From Planctomycetota bacterium (GTDB lineage Bacteria > Planctomycetota > UBA1135): a stretch of DNA of 64,000 nt. Every line of letters starts with the position of its first letter. Within the stretch, counting starts at the first letter, position 1. The translations under genes were made by a program, and so were the position numbers. Under the pieces are notes generated by a model, which was not told the origin of the DNA, made no database searches, and saw nothing but the letters and a program-made list of their open reading frames with translations. The DNA is taken from positions 3,434 through 67,433 of the forward strand of contig JASMMA010000005.1 in assembly GCA_030748415.1 (NCBI GenBank), given 5' to 3'. Below are positions 1 to 9,216 of this stretch, piece by piece.

Positions 1-308
1 CTCCGACAATATGCGGCCCCAAAACGGGTGGTCTTCCGAAACAGAAAGTGCCGTTCGAAGTAAACCATCCTGGTCATGTTCAGGGGGTATCTCCTGTGCC
101 GGGCACCGGCAAGGAAAACGAAGAACTGCAGCAATACCAGCGATTCCAGCACCAAAAAGGAAAGGCCCCAAAAAGTTGTGCCCTTCTGTCTTTGCGGCAA
201 GAGCTAAAGAGCCGCCACCCAACATCGCACAGACAAGCCATGAAAGGGTCCGTATTCCTGCGAATTTTGTCCACGCTCTCCAACGCAAAGACACCTGAGG
301 CCTCGCCA

Positions 309-1079
309 TTACTTAGGCTGTGTCAATAACGGCTTTCGACTCAACCACAGTTTTACGGGTGTTCCAATAGCAGGCAACAGCCAACTATTCGGATACCAAA
401 CATATTGGTCATCAGCCTCTGGGTCCGAGCCGGTAAGTAAATGGTTTGCAGGGTCGAAATAAACCAAACTCACTACGTTCCCTTCTGCATCTGCGGCAAA
501 AAGTTCTTTCGCATCTTTGTGTGGCTTGACAAATCTAGAACCCAAGTAAACAAATTTTCCACGCCGATAAGTGTCGCCACGCCGAGAGTTGATAACCAAG
601 TCTTCTGCACGGAAAAAGAATTTTTCAGTTTCCGACTCCTGACCATCAACTGCAGGAAGTTCACGCTCCCAACCGGCATAAATATAAAAGCCATCGCCCC
701 GAGCATGACTGACATCGTAAAGAGGAACGCCAGCTTCATATTCTTCACGAGTAGGAATTGGGTCCTTTTGAACCAATCGGCCGTTCTCCCCCTTCTTCGC
801 CCCGAGCAAAATTAGACCCATGTTCAATGCAGCCGCACTGATTCCCTCGTCCAAAATAAATAGGGCTTCGTGATCTTTGCCGCGCTGTTTCACAATCAAA
901 TATTCCAGCGGCTCTTGGATTTGGCAAACAGAAGCAGAAAGTTCAATTACGCCCTTTTCAAAATCTAAACCCACTCCTTGTTTGGCCAACTCAGCAACAA
1001 CCTCATCTTGAGCTTGCGTGTCTGGGTATGGGGACTCGAGACCTTGCGGGATAGCGAGAATAGCGATGGCGAGAATCAT
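309..1079 (-). CDS. hypothetical exported protein (256 aa)
   Basis: The ORF is long and has an ATG start (checked). The N-terminus MILAIAILAIP is hydrophobic. I recognise no catalytic motif. It follows the 814-aa gene on the same strand. Confidence 0.55.
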   Translation of the reverse strand: MILAIAILAIPQGLESPYPDTQAQDEVVAELAKQGVGLDFEKGVIELSASVCQIQEPLEYLIVKQRGKDHEALFILDEGISAAALNMGLILLGAKKGENGRLVQKDPIPTREEYEAGVPLYDVSHARGDGFYIYAGWERELPAVDGQESETEKFFFRAEDLVINSRRGDTYRRGKFVYLGSRFVKPHKDAKELFAADAEGNVVSLVYFDPANHLLTGSDPEADDQYVWYPNSWLLPAIGTPVKLWLSRKPLLTQPK

Positions 1080-1127
1080 GAAGGGAGAACGGGTTTCTGG
1101 GTTTTCGGGTTCAATGAGCAGCTCATT

Positions 1128-3572
1128 TTAGTGAGCCGAAGCCTGGAGACCTTCCTGAGCCTCGTGGGCCCAATCCGAGTCGGGTGGAGCGAGCCTCAAT
1201 GCGCTCTCAAATGCCATCCTCGCCTGCAAAACCTCTCCAAAAATTAAATGGGTTCGGCCAAGCTCCAAATATGGTCGAGAATCGGTTGGTGCCCAATCCT
1301 TGGCCCGATGACAAAGCCTTAGAAGAACCACTTTAGAAAGTCGCCGCAATGCTGAATCTTGAATGTTCTCCTGTCGCAAAACACGCGCTGCAGAAAGCAA
1401 TCGTGATGGGGAAGTAAATCCATTCAAAAGTCGAGAACTCATTTCTAACTTTTTCTTTGTCGAGGCCCCAAATAACTCAGTAACAAGTAGCTCTCGGTTC
1501 AAGCGATCCGCTGGAAGTACCCATGAAATGGAATCTTCGGAACGCAGACCAGCACTTAAATCCCACGGATAGGCGCGAAGACTTTTCGTTTCTTCTAGTA
1601 GGCCAGCCAAACTATCTCGGTAAGCCTCGGTAGATTCAAAAAAGGAGTGTGCGCACAAATTAGCCAAGGCGCGCAACCGAATACTAGAGCTCAAGCCTGT
1701 GCGTTCCGACAATGCGTGCGCTGCTTTCCAAGCAGAGCCAGAAGGTAGGGCAAACAAAGCGTGCAAAACAGGTGCAACGGGTGCGGCCGTAATATAGTTT
1801 TCAAAGTTTTCCGATAGCTTCGATTCAAATTTTCGAAAGTGGGCGCCTAAGGCTCTGGCAACAAAATGAACACGCGGAAACTCACTAGCTAATCTCCTTA
1901 CTTCGGGAAGGCCTTCCGAAAACAAATCTTCTGAATCCAATAATTCTGCAATCAACTCGGATTCCAGTATTTTTTGTTCGCCCAAAAGCGGCCGCGATTC
2001 TTGAGACTGCCAGAATCCTAAGCGCAAAGAAAATGATTCGGAAGCTTGTTCTTCAGTAGCCCCTGACTTTTTAGCTTCCTCTTCTAACTCACGAATAAAA
2101 CTACGGATTTGCTGTCGGTCTGATAGTGTCCCCCTTAAAACAAGTTCACGAACAATGGCGTCTAGTATCTCAAAATCTTGGGTCGATGATTTCAACCAGT
2201 CCAAAAGTTCTTCCCGGCCCACATCATGTCGAGATATTCCTGAAATGGCCGCTGCCCGCATCCCCGAGCCAAGCGTCGCGTCCTGTGCAACCGCAAGTAA
2301 GTAAGGAAGGTCTGAGTGTTCGGAAACTTTAGCAAGCGTTTCCAGCGCTTGGAGCTCGCGGGCGTCCTCCCCCACCCACGACAACTTCCTGAGCCACTCG
2401 CGAGCAAACTCGGAGTACTCCGCGCGAGCGATTGCCAACGGGAAACCTACTTCAATGGGGAGCTCATCAATCGAGAATAGGCTCGGAAGAATTGAATCGA
2501 CCTGCGGGTCTTGCACAAGCTCACGAGAAACTGAACGAGCATGAGTGGCATATCGCCACCCTCCGCCAACAAGCCATTCACCAGCAATCGCGCGGGCTTG
2601 GGGAATGGGCACCCTTGCTAGAGTCACCATGCACCGAGCTCTTGAAAGGGGGTGCGCATTGGAATCCAAACGGAGAACATATTCTTTCCAAAGATCTTCC
2701 GGTTTCAAAAACCCGGGCAGAAATCTCTCTGAGTATTCCCTTTGTTCCTCATTAGATGATTGGAGATTGGCGGACAAGCGGGCGGCTATCTCAGAATGCG
2801 GGCCCTGCAAAGCCAAACTTGCAGTAATCGAATTGCGGCGGTTTGCCTCTAGCTTTTGGGCTTCTAGGAAAAGTTGCGCACGCATGCTGAAGTCCACCGA
2901 GTGGCGAGCAAGAAGCAACCTCGCACCTTGGGCAACTTCATCGGTGCTCTCAGAAATTATCTCATTCAGAAGGTGGGCATCTGAAGGAGTCCAAACTTTT
3001 TCCCAAGCCATTAGAAGAGATTTCAGGAGACCGTGGTTTTCTTCGGCAAGCAGGGCGTTTGCTGCTTGAAGAACAGCATTGCGACCTTCAGCAGTTACCC
3101 ACTTCTTGAGTAGGCGGGCTCGAGCGAAATGGTTTGCGCTGGGGTGAAGAGCCAAGGACTGATGGAAGGCGCGAGTTTCAGACCAGGGTCCCTCCAATAG
3201 AATGTCTAGGGCAGAGTTCGGGCCTCGATTAACAAAAGAATCCGTACTCAAGAGAGCATTTGCACATCGCTGATATCCCTCTTCGGACACCCAACCTCGC
3301 AAGCGAAGGCGAAGAGCAGGGTTCTCTTCGCCTTCGTCATTCAGTAAAAGCCAATCTAAAATCCGAGCAGGAGCTTCTTTCCGGATTTCGTCCGACCACT
3401 CCAGTGAAGAGCCCGGAATTAAAACCGAAGCATAAACCCAGGCGAGCTCTTCGGCATTTTCACAGTTGTTTAATAATTGCTCCCATTCGGTATGGGTTTC
3501 AGGGGCCTCAAATATCAAATCAGAGCTTGGATCTTGAAATGTTCCTGTCAATAAAACAAAAAAGCAGATCAA
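1128..3572 (-). CDS. large alpha-helical repeat protein (HEAT/TPR-like), function unknown
   Basis: The ORF is 814 aa with Leu/Ala/Glu-rich helical composition and a TPR-like C-terminus. It has no ATG near the 5' end. The TTG start forms a TTGA overlap with the nnrD stop. Confidence 0.7.
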   Translation of the reverse strand: MICFFVLLTGTFQDPSSDLIFEAPETHTEWEQLLNNCENAEELAWVYASVLIPGSSLEWSDEIRKEAPARILDWLLLNDEGEENPALRLRLRGWVSEEGYQRCANALLSTDSFVNRGPNSALDILLEGPWSETRAFHQSLALHPSANHFARARLLKKWVTAEGRNAVLQAANALLAEENHGLLKSLLMAWEKVWTPSDAHLLNEIISESTDEVAQGARLLLARHSVDFSMRAQLFLEAQKLEANRRNSITASLALQGPHSEIAARLSANLQSSNEEQREYSERFLPGFLKPEDLWKEYVLRLDSNAHPLSRARCMVTLARVPIPQARAIAGEWLVGGGWRYATHARSVSRELVQDPQVDSILPSLFSIDELPIEVGFPLAIARAEYSEFAREWLRKLSWVGEDARELQALETLAKVSEHSDLPYLLAVAQDATLGSGMRAAAISGISRHDVGREELLDWLKSSTQDFEILDAIVRELVLRGTLSDRQQIRSFIRELEEEAKKSGATEEQASESFSLRLGFWQSQESRPLLGEQKILESELIAELLDSEDLFSEGLPEVRRLASEFPRVHFVARALGAHFRKFESKLSENFENYITAAPVAPVLHALFALPSGSAWKAAHALSERTGLSSSIRLRALANLCAHSFFESTEAYRDSLAGLLEETKSLRAYPWDLSAGLRSEDSISWVLPADRLNRELLVTELFGASTKKKLEMSSRLLNGFTSPSRLLSAARVLRQENIQDSALRRLSKVVLLRLCHRAKDWAPTDSRPYLELGRTHLIFGEVLQARMAFESALRLAPPDSDWAHEAQEGLQASAH

Positions 3573-4426
3573 CGATTAGCTCCGTATTCCTGGATTGCTC
3601 GTGGAAGGGATTTGAGAATATCTGAAGCAATTAAAGATTCCTCGCCCAATTCGTAAGCGGCAAAATCGCCAGCAAGACCATGGAGGTGGGCTGACAACCG
3701 GGTCGCCTCCCAGGCTTCCATGCCTCTAGCCAATAGTGCTCCCAAAATACCCGTCAGGACATCGCCGCTCCCGGCAGTGGCCATCCCGGGATTTCCCGTT
3801 TCGTTTTTCCAAACTTCTTTGCCAGGCGAGCCCACCAAAGTCCCTTCTCCTTTTAATAACACAGTAGCTTGGAATTTATCCACCAAATCAGAAAGCACCT
3901 TTTCCCGGTTGCTCTGTACTTCCATTGCGCTCTTCAGCCCAAGCAAGCGCGCCGCCTCGCCAGGATGAGGTGTCAGGACATAGTTTGAGGAAAGCACAAA
4001 AGGAGAAGTCGCAAGCGCGTTTAGACCATCCGCATCGATGACACATGGAATCGAAAATATAGGAAGCATTGAAAGAACAAAAGCAAAAGTCTCTGGGTCT
4101 TGTCCCAATCCTGGCCCAAGTGCGATTGCGTTTGCTTTACTCGATTCTTCTAGGGCCAAACTTTGGTGGTTTAATTTCAAGTGCCCACACTCAGGATTAC
4201 CCGCCAGCTTTAGCACTGCACTTGGAATCGCAGCGGTCAGCTCCGCAGAAATCGAACTTGGAGAAACCAACACAGCATACCCAGCACCACTTCGAAGGCT
4301 CGCTTCAGCAGACAGCGCTGCTGCTCCGGACATCCCTCGCGAGCCAGCAATCAACACAAGTCGGCCCATGGAGCCTTTGTGCGAATCTAACGGTCGCGGT
4401 GGGAGAGGTACCAAGGGTTCAGCCAT
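3569..4426 (-). CDS. nnrD: ADP-dependent NAD(P)H-hydrate dehydratase (YjeF C-terminal family)
   Basis: It starts with HKGSMGRLVLIAGS and carries GSGDVLTGILGALLARG, the hallmarks of the carbohydrate-kinase-like NnrD domain. No NnrE epimerase domain is fused. Confidence 0.9.
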   Translation of the reverse strand: MAEPLVPLPPRPLDSHKGSMGRLVLIAGSRGMSGAAALSAEASLRSGAGYAVLVSPSSISAELTAAIPSAVLKLAGNPECGHLKLNHQSLALEESSKANAIALGPGLGQDPETFAFVLSMLPIFSIPCVIDADGLNALATSPFVLSSNYVLTPHPGEAARLLGLKSAMEVQSNREKVLSDLVDKFQATVLLKGEGTLVGSPGKEVWKNETGNPGMATAGSGDVLTGILGALLARGMEAWEATRLSAHLHGLAGDFAAYELGEESLIASDILKSLPRAIQEYGANR

Positions 4427-4447
4427 GAGCGTAGGATATTCTGTTTC

Positions 4448-5110
4448 ATGCCCCTCCGCCCCGAAAAGCTGACGGCTTACCGCTCCGATGAGGTCGCACG
4501 CAACTATGACCAGCGATGGTCTGGGTCAGGTGGCCGCCGCCGTGATGCCCGAAAAGGCCGCGTTTTACTCGGTGCTCTCGACTCCTTATCAGGCAATACG
4601 AAAGAGCCCGTCCGTTCTATCTTGGATGTCCCTTGTGGAACCGCTCGCTTTGCTGAACTTCTTACCCAATCCGGCTTTACTTGGACAGGTGCTGACTTAT
4701 CCCTACCCATGCTCAAAAAGGGTGAAGAAAAAAAACCATCCTCTCAACTACTCAGCGCGGACTTGTCCAACCTCCCTTTCCAGGACAACTCCTTTGATGC
4801 TGTTGTTTGCATTCGTTTCCTACATTTAGTGCGCGATCCTGAGCTGCGCATTTCCTTTCTGAAAGAACTTCGGCGAGTGGCGCGATTGGGCGTGATTACA
4901 GGATGGCACCACTCGCAGAGTTTTCGTGTTTGGGGTCGCAAACTCCGCCACCAAGTTGGCTTTCGGAAAAAGGCACCCTCCAATCCTTCGCCCGCCACTA
5001 TTCGATCGGAACTCCAACTTGCTGGACTCCAAACAAATACCTGGCTTCCCGTGCGCCAAATTCCTTGGACAAGTGACAAGGTTCTCGTCCTATCTAAATC
5101 ATCGAAATGA
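4448..5110 (+). CDS. class I SAM-dependent methyltransferase
   Basis: SAM-binding motif I is ILDVPCGTARF and a later acidic loop is SADLSNLPF. Its stop forms an ATGA overlap with the next gene. Confidence 0.8.
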   Translation: MPLRPEKLTAYRSDEVARNYDQRWSGSGGRRRDARKGRVLLGALDSLSGNTKEPVRSILDVPCGTARFAELLTQSGFTWTGADLSLPMLKKGEEKKPSSQLLSADLSNLPFQDNSFDAVVCIRFLHLVRDPELRISFLKELRRVARLGVITGWHHSQSFRVWGRKLRHQVGFRKKAPSNPSPATIRSELQLAGLQTNTWLPVRQIPWTSDKVLVLSKSSK

Positions 5111-6162
5111 AAACTGGGCTCACCAATTGGTTCGAAAACCACGGCGCTGATTTTGTTCAATCCGACGGGGTTCAACTTCCCGTCCGAGTTTCAGGTGCTG
5201 GTCAAGAATACGGCGCTGCCCGGGAGGGTTTCGCTCTGTTTGATGGCGGAGACCGTGGTTGGTTGGAAATGAGCGGCCCTGACACTGCCGATTTCCTTCA
5301 ACGGATATTGACCAGTGACCTGCGCGAATTGAAAGCTGGCAGCGGACAATGGTCCGCCTTGCTAAATGGGAAAGGCAAGTGGATTAGCGACCTTCTCCTG
5401 TTTGGTCTAGATGTTGGCGGGGTGGATGTCGTAGGCATGGATTTGCCGGCGTCCCGTTTAGCCAAAGTGCACCAGGTCTTGGAAATGGCCCATTTTGGGG
5501 AAGAGCTCTCATGGTCAGCGCCGCCCTCAAACCGCCTCTTGGTAATGGGGCCTGAAGCAGAGAGCGCGATTGCCGGACTTGGCTTGCCCCTTCCTGAAGG
5601 GGGAGATTTGAGCTGTATTTCAACCCCGGAGCTGACCGTTCTTAGGCGCCCTGACCGTGGTGAAGCTTGCATTGAACTGCTTGGGGGCCAAGAACCCCTC
5701 TTAGAACAAGCCGACTGCCTTGTTGTCGCCGGTGGAACCCCGGCGGGCCTTGCCGCTTTGGATATCTTGAGGGTCGAGGCCTTTGTCCCTCGCTGGGGCA
5801 CTGATTTTGGAGAGGATGTCACCCTTCCCGAGAGCAATGAATGGAGGCGGGCCTCCTTCGAGAAGGGGTGTTACACCGGCCAAGAGGTCGTCGCCAAAAT
5901 CCACACCTATGGTGAAGCGCCGCGCCAACTCTGCCATTTGACCTTCGAAGCTGGCACGACCCCCCTCCACGGGGCTGAAATCCAAGACCAAGACGGCAAC
6001 CGAATGGGGCTAGTTAGTTCCTGGGTTTGGTCCCCCCTTCAAGATCGCCCCATAGGAATGGGGACCATTCGCCGGAAAGCGGTCCAGAATGGGGGCGCCT
6101 TGTGGGCCGTCTCGGAGGGCATTCGAGAGCCAATTCTGCTCTCCACCCCTCCAAAACCCTAA
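5107..6162 (+). CDS. ygfZ: folate-binding YgfZ/CAF17 family protein (GcvT-like fold)
   Basis: It has the KGCYTGQEVVAKIHTYG signature of the YgfZ family. The N-terminus is aminomethyltransferase-like. Confidence 0.85.
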   Translation: MKTGLTNWFENHGADFVQSDGVQLPVRVSGAGQEYGAAREGFALFDGGDRGWLEMSGPDTADFLQRILTSDLRELKAGSGQWSALLNGKGKWISDLLLFGLDVGGVDVVGMDLPASRLAKVHQVLEMAHFGEELSWSAPPSNRLLVMGPEAESAIAGLGLPLPEGGDLSCISTPELTVLRRPDRGEACIELLGGQEPLLEQADCLVVAGGTPAGLAALDILRVEAFVPRWGTDFGEDVTLPESNEWRRASFEKGCYTGQEVVAKIHTYGEAPRQLCHLTFEAGTTPLHGAEIQDQDGNRMGLVSSWVWSPLQDRPIGMGTIRRKAVQNGGALWAVSEGIREPILLSTPPKP

Positions 6163-6385
6163 ATTGAATGGTCGTTCACTCACCCAATAGGCTTCGCTCG
6201 AGATTTTTTGTAATTTGCGGCTTCCTAGTTTCCCTTTTGTTCAAAAAGGTTTTTCCTGTTTTTAGAATCTGCAACCCCGACCCACTTTGAGATTCCCTCG
6301 CCACTGGCTTTCCCCATCCGACGATTGAAACTCCGATAGGCATTCGTCTATTGCCCGTAAGGGGCTTACCACCACCTAAAAGAAA

Positions 6386-6760
6386 ATGGCCAAAAACTTG
6401 TTCACAATCGCGTTCGCCGTCGCTTGCATTAGCGGCATTGCTACTGGTTCCGCATCAGATCTCGGCGGTTTCGCCGCTATCGCTGACTTCCTCATGTATG
6501 GCTCTGCCGTTTGGATCGGCTGGACCTGCGTCAATAACTCTCAAGCTAAGGATTACGCCATCGGCGCTGCTGCCCTGGTATTCCTAAATGCACCTGGCTG
6601 GGGTAATGCATCTGCCACCATTGGCAATGTTCAGTGGATTGGTGGCTACTTGTCTCCCATCTTCTCTAACCTCGTTTACATCGTTCTACTCGTCGCTGCC
6701 GTTGGCATGCTGAAGAGCCTTGTGGACGGTGCCCGCGCTACGGCAAACGCCGGAGCCTAG
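6386..6760 (+). CDS. small integral membrane protein, unknown function
   Basis: The 124-aa ORF has several hydrophobic segments and is followed by a clear intrinsic terminator. Confidence 0.6.
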   Translation: MAKNLFTIAFAVACISGIATGSASDLGGFAAIADFLMYGSAVWIGWTCVNNSQAKDYAIGAAALVFLNAPGWGNASATIGNVQWIGGYLSPIFSNLVYIVLLVAAVGMLKSLVDGARATANAGA

Positions 6761-6797
6761 GGTTCAATCAGTTAAGCGCGAACAAGCCTCTGGCTTT

Positions 6798-6833
6798 GAG
6801 GCCGCCCCTAAACCGGGCGGTCTCTTTTTATTT
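6798..6833 (+). terminator. rho-independent terminator
   Basis: A 10-bp GC-rich stem pairs 6798-6807 with 6815-6824 (one G.U pair) around a 7-nt loop. It is followed by TTTTTATTT. Confidence 0.6.
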
Positions 6834-6839
6834 GTGCAC

Positions 6840-7613
6840 TTATAAAACAGTCAGCGCCAATCCTGGCGACAAGACACAATCAAGCTGAGGGGGCGAGCCC
6901 GAAGCGCGGATTTCGATAGCCTGAAACCAAATGGGTGTTCCGGTTGGTATTGAGGTCGGAACCATCTGATGGATAACAAGTGTGCCAGACAAGTCCGCCA
7001 ACATGATTGGGGTTTTCAGAATGGGAAGAGTCAGATCGAGAGAGAAACCAAATCCAGTCTGCGTTGGGCCACCTCCGGAAAATGAATACGCAATCACCAA
7101 TGGCGAAACCGGGCCGGCTCCAGTAACAGTTGCAACTGCAACCTGACCAGAAGCAAGGTTGTTCATAGTCAACTGAATCGAATCTGGAATCTTGACCAGG
7201 ATTCGTTTAGTGATGTTGTACCAAGAGCCTAGCGACAACATGTAATTATCTATTTCATCGTGGGCAAGAAAACCTACAGGTGGGTTTCCATCGTGCCTTT
7301 CTATGAAATACTGGCGGGTCGTTCCGTACCAACGCGAACCGGCTCGTAAACACATTGCCGAGTCTTGGTAATTCAGTAGTCCAATGTCATCGCAAAATTG
7401 TTTTACATTTCCAGCAAAGTTAGCCTTGATGTCGTCCCAGTCTGCGACTTCAGCCCCAGGTCCGAATTCAGCAACAGCCATTGCGGCAATATCTACGGTT
7501 TCTGGGTAATGGTTAACGGTAAGCGCATACTGACTGCTTGATGCTTGGGAAAAAGCATGGTTGGGGAAGAGGGCAAAAAGTGAGAGTGCAAGGATGACAG
7601 GCGTAACTTTCAT
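6840..7613 (-). CDS. exported hypothetical protein
   Basis: The ATG at 7613 gives a canonical signal peptide, MKVTPVILALSLFALFPNHAFSQ. The track start at 7631 is a GTG overlapping the gpmI stop. I recognise no domain. Confidence 0.65.
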   Translation of the reverse strand: MKVTPVILALSLFALFPNHAFSQASSSQYALTVNHYPETVDIAAMAVAEFGPGAEVADWDDIKANFAGNVKQFCDDIGLLNYQDSAMCLRAGSRWYGTTRQYFIERHDGNPPVGFLAHDEIDNYMLSLGSWYNITKRILVKIPDSIQLTMNNLASGQVAVATVTGAGPVSPLVIAYSFSGGGPTQTGFGFSLDLTLPILKTPIMLADLSGTLVIHQMVPTSIPTGTPIWFQAIEIRASGSPPQLDCVLSPGLALTVL

Positions 7614-7627
7614 AACGCCCGAGCCTA

Positions 7628-9157
7628 TCACATAAGTGATTTTCCGTCCATAACTGACGGCTGATCAATCTTAAGCGCTTTCATCAAAGTGGGCGCCACA
7701 TCGGCCAAAACCCCCATTTCGCGAAGCTGGGCGCCTCGATACTGTTCTCCAATAAGAAGAAAAGGGACCGGATTCACCGTGTGGGCTGTATGAATCTCCC
7801 CGCTTGCAGGGTCGCGCATTTGCTCAGAGTTTCCGTGGTCGGCAGTAATCGCAATGGTGCCATCTCGCTTCAAAGCTTCTTGAACAATCCTCCCTAAGCA
7901 GCCATCTACCGCGCGAATGGCAGCTTCGGCGGCATCTTGTTTGCCTGTGTGGCCCACCATGTCCGAGTTTGCAAAGTTCACGACATACAAATCGTTTTCA
8001 CCTTTTTCTAACCGCATACAAACTTCGTCGCAAACTTGGGGAGCGGACATTTCGGGTTGCAAATCATAAGTTGGCACCTTGGGAGATTGCACCAGTTTTC
8101 TTTCTTCCCCTTCATAAACTTCTTCGCGTCCGCCGTTGAAGAAGAAAGTCACATGGGCATATTTTTCAGTTTCTGCGCAACGGAACTGGCGCATGCCGTG
8201 TTGTGATACCAACTCCCCGAATAACGAACGAAGCTCTTGCGGAGGGAACGCTACCGGGCAACTGAAGTCTTTTCGGTACTGAGTCATCGTTGCATAATTT
8301 ACTTTTGGAACATCGCCCCGTTCAAAAGAACCGAATTTGTTTTCAAGTAAGGCTTGGCTCATTTGTCGAACGCGGTCCGCTCGAAAATTGAAGCACAAAA
8401 CGGAGTCTCCATCGCGCACCGGAGATGGAGAGCCAATCACTGTTGGCAAAACAAACTCATCCGTTTCGCCACGCTCCAAACCAAGGCGCAACCCTTCTTG
8501 AGCGCTACTTGCAGAAAACTCGCCGCGGCCATGAATCATGCAGTTCCAAAACTTTTCGGTTCGGTCCCAACGCTGATCGCGGTCCATACCCCAGTACCGA
8601 CCACAAATACTGGCAACACTTCCACCCATTTCAGTGAGCATGCCTTCTAGCTTTGCAAGATAGCCCGATGCAGAAGTTGGTGGTGTGTCTCGGCCATCCA
8701 ATAGGGCGTGCACCTTCAACCGCTCGCCAGATAAACCCATTTCCTTGGCAAGAGCAAACAGTTCACGGTAGTGCTCGTCGGAAGCGTGCACTCCACCTGG
8801 GCCAATCAGCCCAAACAAGTGGAGACTAGAGTCGGCATCCAAAGCTGCTTGAACAGCACCTCGCAATGCACCATTCAATCGGAACTTACCAGTTCGAATA
8901 TCCTCATCAATTCGCGAAATCGTTTGATACACAACACGACCCGCGCCAATGTTGGTGTGACCCACTTCAGAATTTCCCATCAACCCAAGAGGCAAGCCCA
9001 CCTCTTTCCCACTCGCTGAAAGCAAAGCATGAGGCCACTCCTGCCACCACTTCAAAAAGTTCTCAGCAGGCGCCTTGGTAATCGCGTTCCAGTCGGTGTC
9101 GGCAGCATGCCCCCAACCATCCAGAACCAGAAGTAGGGTCGGTTTCTTCTTGGCCAT
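7628..9157 (-). CDS. gpmI: 2,3-bisphosphoglycerate-independent phosphoglycerate mutase
   Basis: Full-length iPGM of 509 aa. It has LLLVLDGWG, GNSEVGHTNIGAGR and ADHGN motifs. Confidence 0.95.
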   Translation of the reverse strand: MAKKKPTLLLVLDGWGHAADTDWNAITKAPAENFLKWWQEWPHALLSASGKEVGLPLGLMGNSEVGHTNIGAGRVVYQTISRIDEDIRTGKFRLNGALRGAVQAALDADSSLHLFGLIGPGGVHASDEHYRELFALAKEMGLSGERLKVHALLDGRDTPPTSASGYLAKLEGMLTEMGGSVASICGRYWGMDRDQRWDRTEKFWNCMIHGRGEFSASSAQEGLRLGLERGETDEFVLPTVIGSPSPVRDGDSVLCFNFRADRVRQMSQALLENKFGSFERGDVPKVNYATMTQYRKDFSCPVAFPPQELRSLFGELVSQHGMRQFRCAETEKYAHVTFFFNGGREEVYEGEERKLVQSPKVPTYDLQPEMSAPQVCDEVCMRLEKGENDLYVVNFANSDMVGHTGKQDAAEAAIRAVDGCLGRIVQEALKRDGTIAITADHGNSEQMRDPASGEIHTAHTVNPVPFLLIGEQYRGAQLREMGVLADVAPTLMKALKIDQPSVMDGKSLM

Positions 9158-9216
9158 CGTCGCTCGGGTTCAACCCGAAGGCACTACGATAGGCATTCCC
9201 CCGACCGTCCTCCAGA

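Noticed and set aside
1-330. Several overlapping ORFs on both strands at the left edge. They include a possible minus-strand gene start (ATG at 225, MLGGGSLALAAK...) that runs off the window.
   Set aside because: There are no recognisable motifs. Three frames are open simultaneously and the region is truncated by the window edge, so I cannot decide which frame, if any, is coding.
6861-6890. GACAAGACACAATCAAGCTGAGGGG resembles the arm of the E1/E2 hairpin elements.
   Set aside because: It shares only a 9-mer plus scattered matches, has no inverted partner nearby, and lies inside the coding region of the 6840-7613 gene. It is probably chance.
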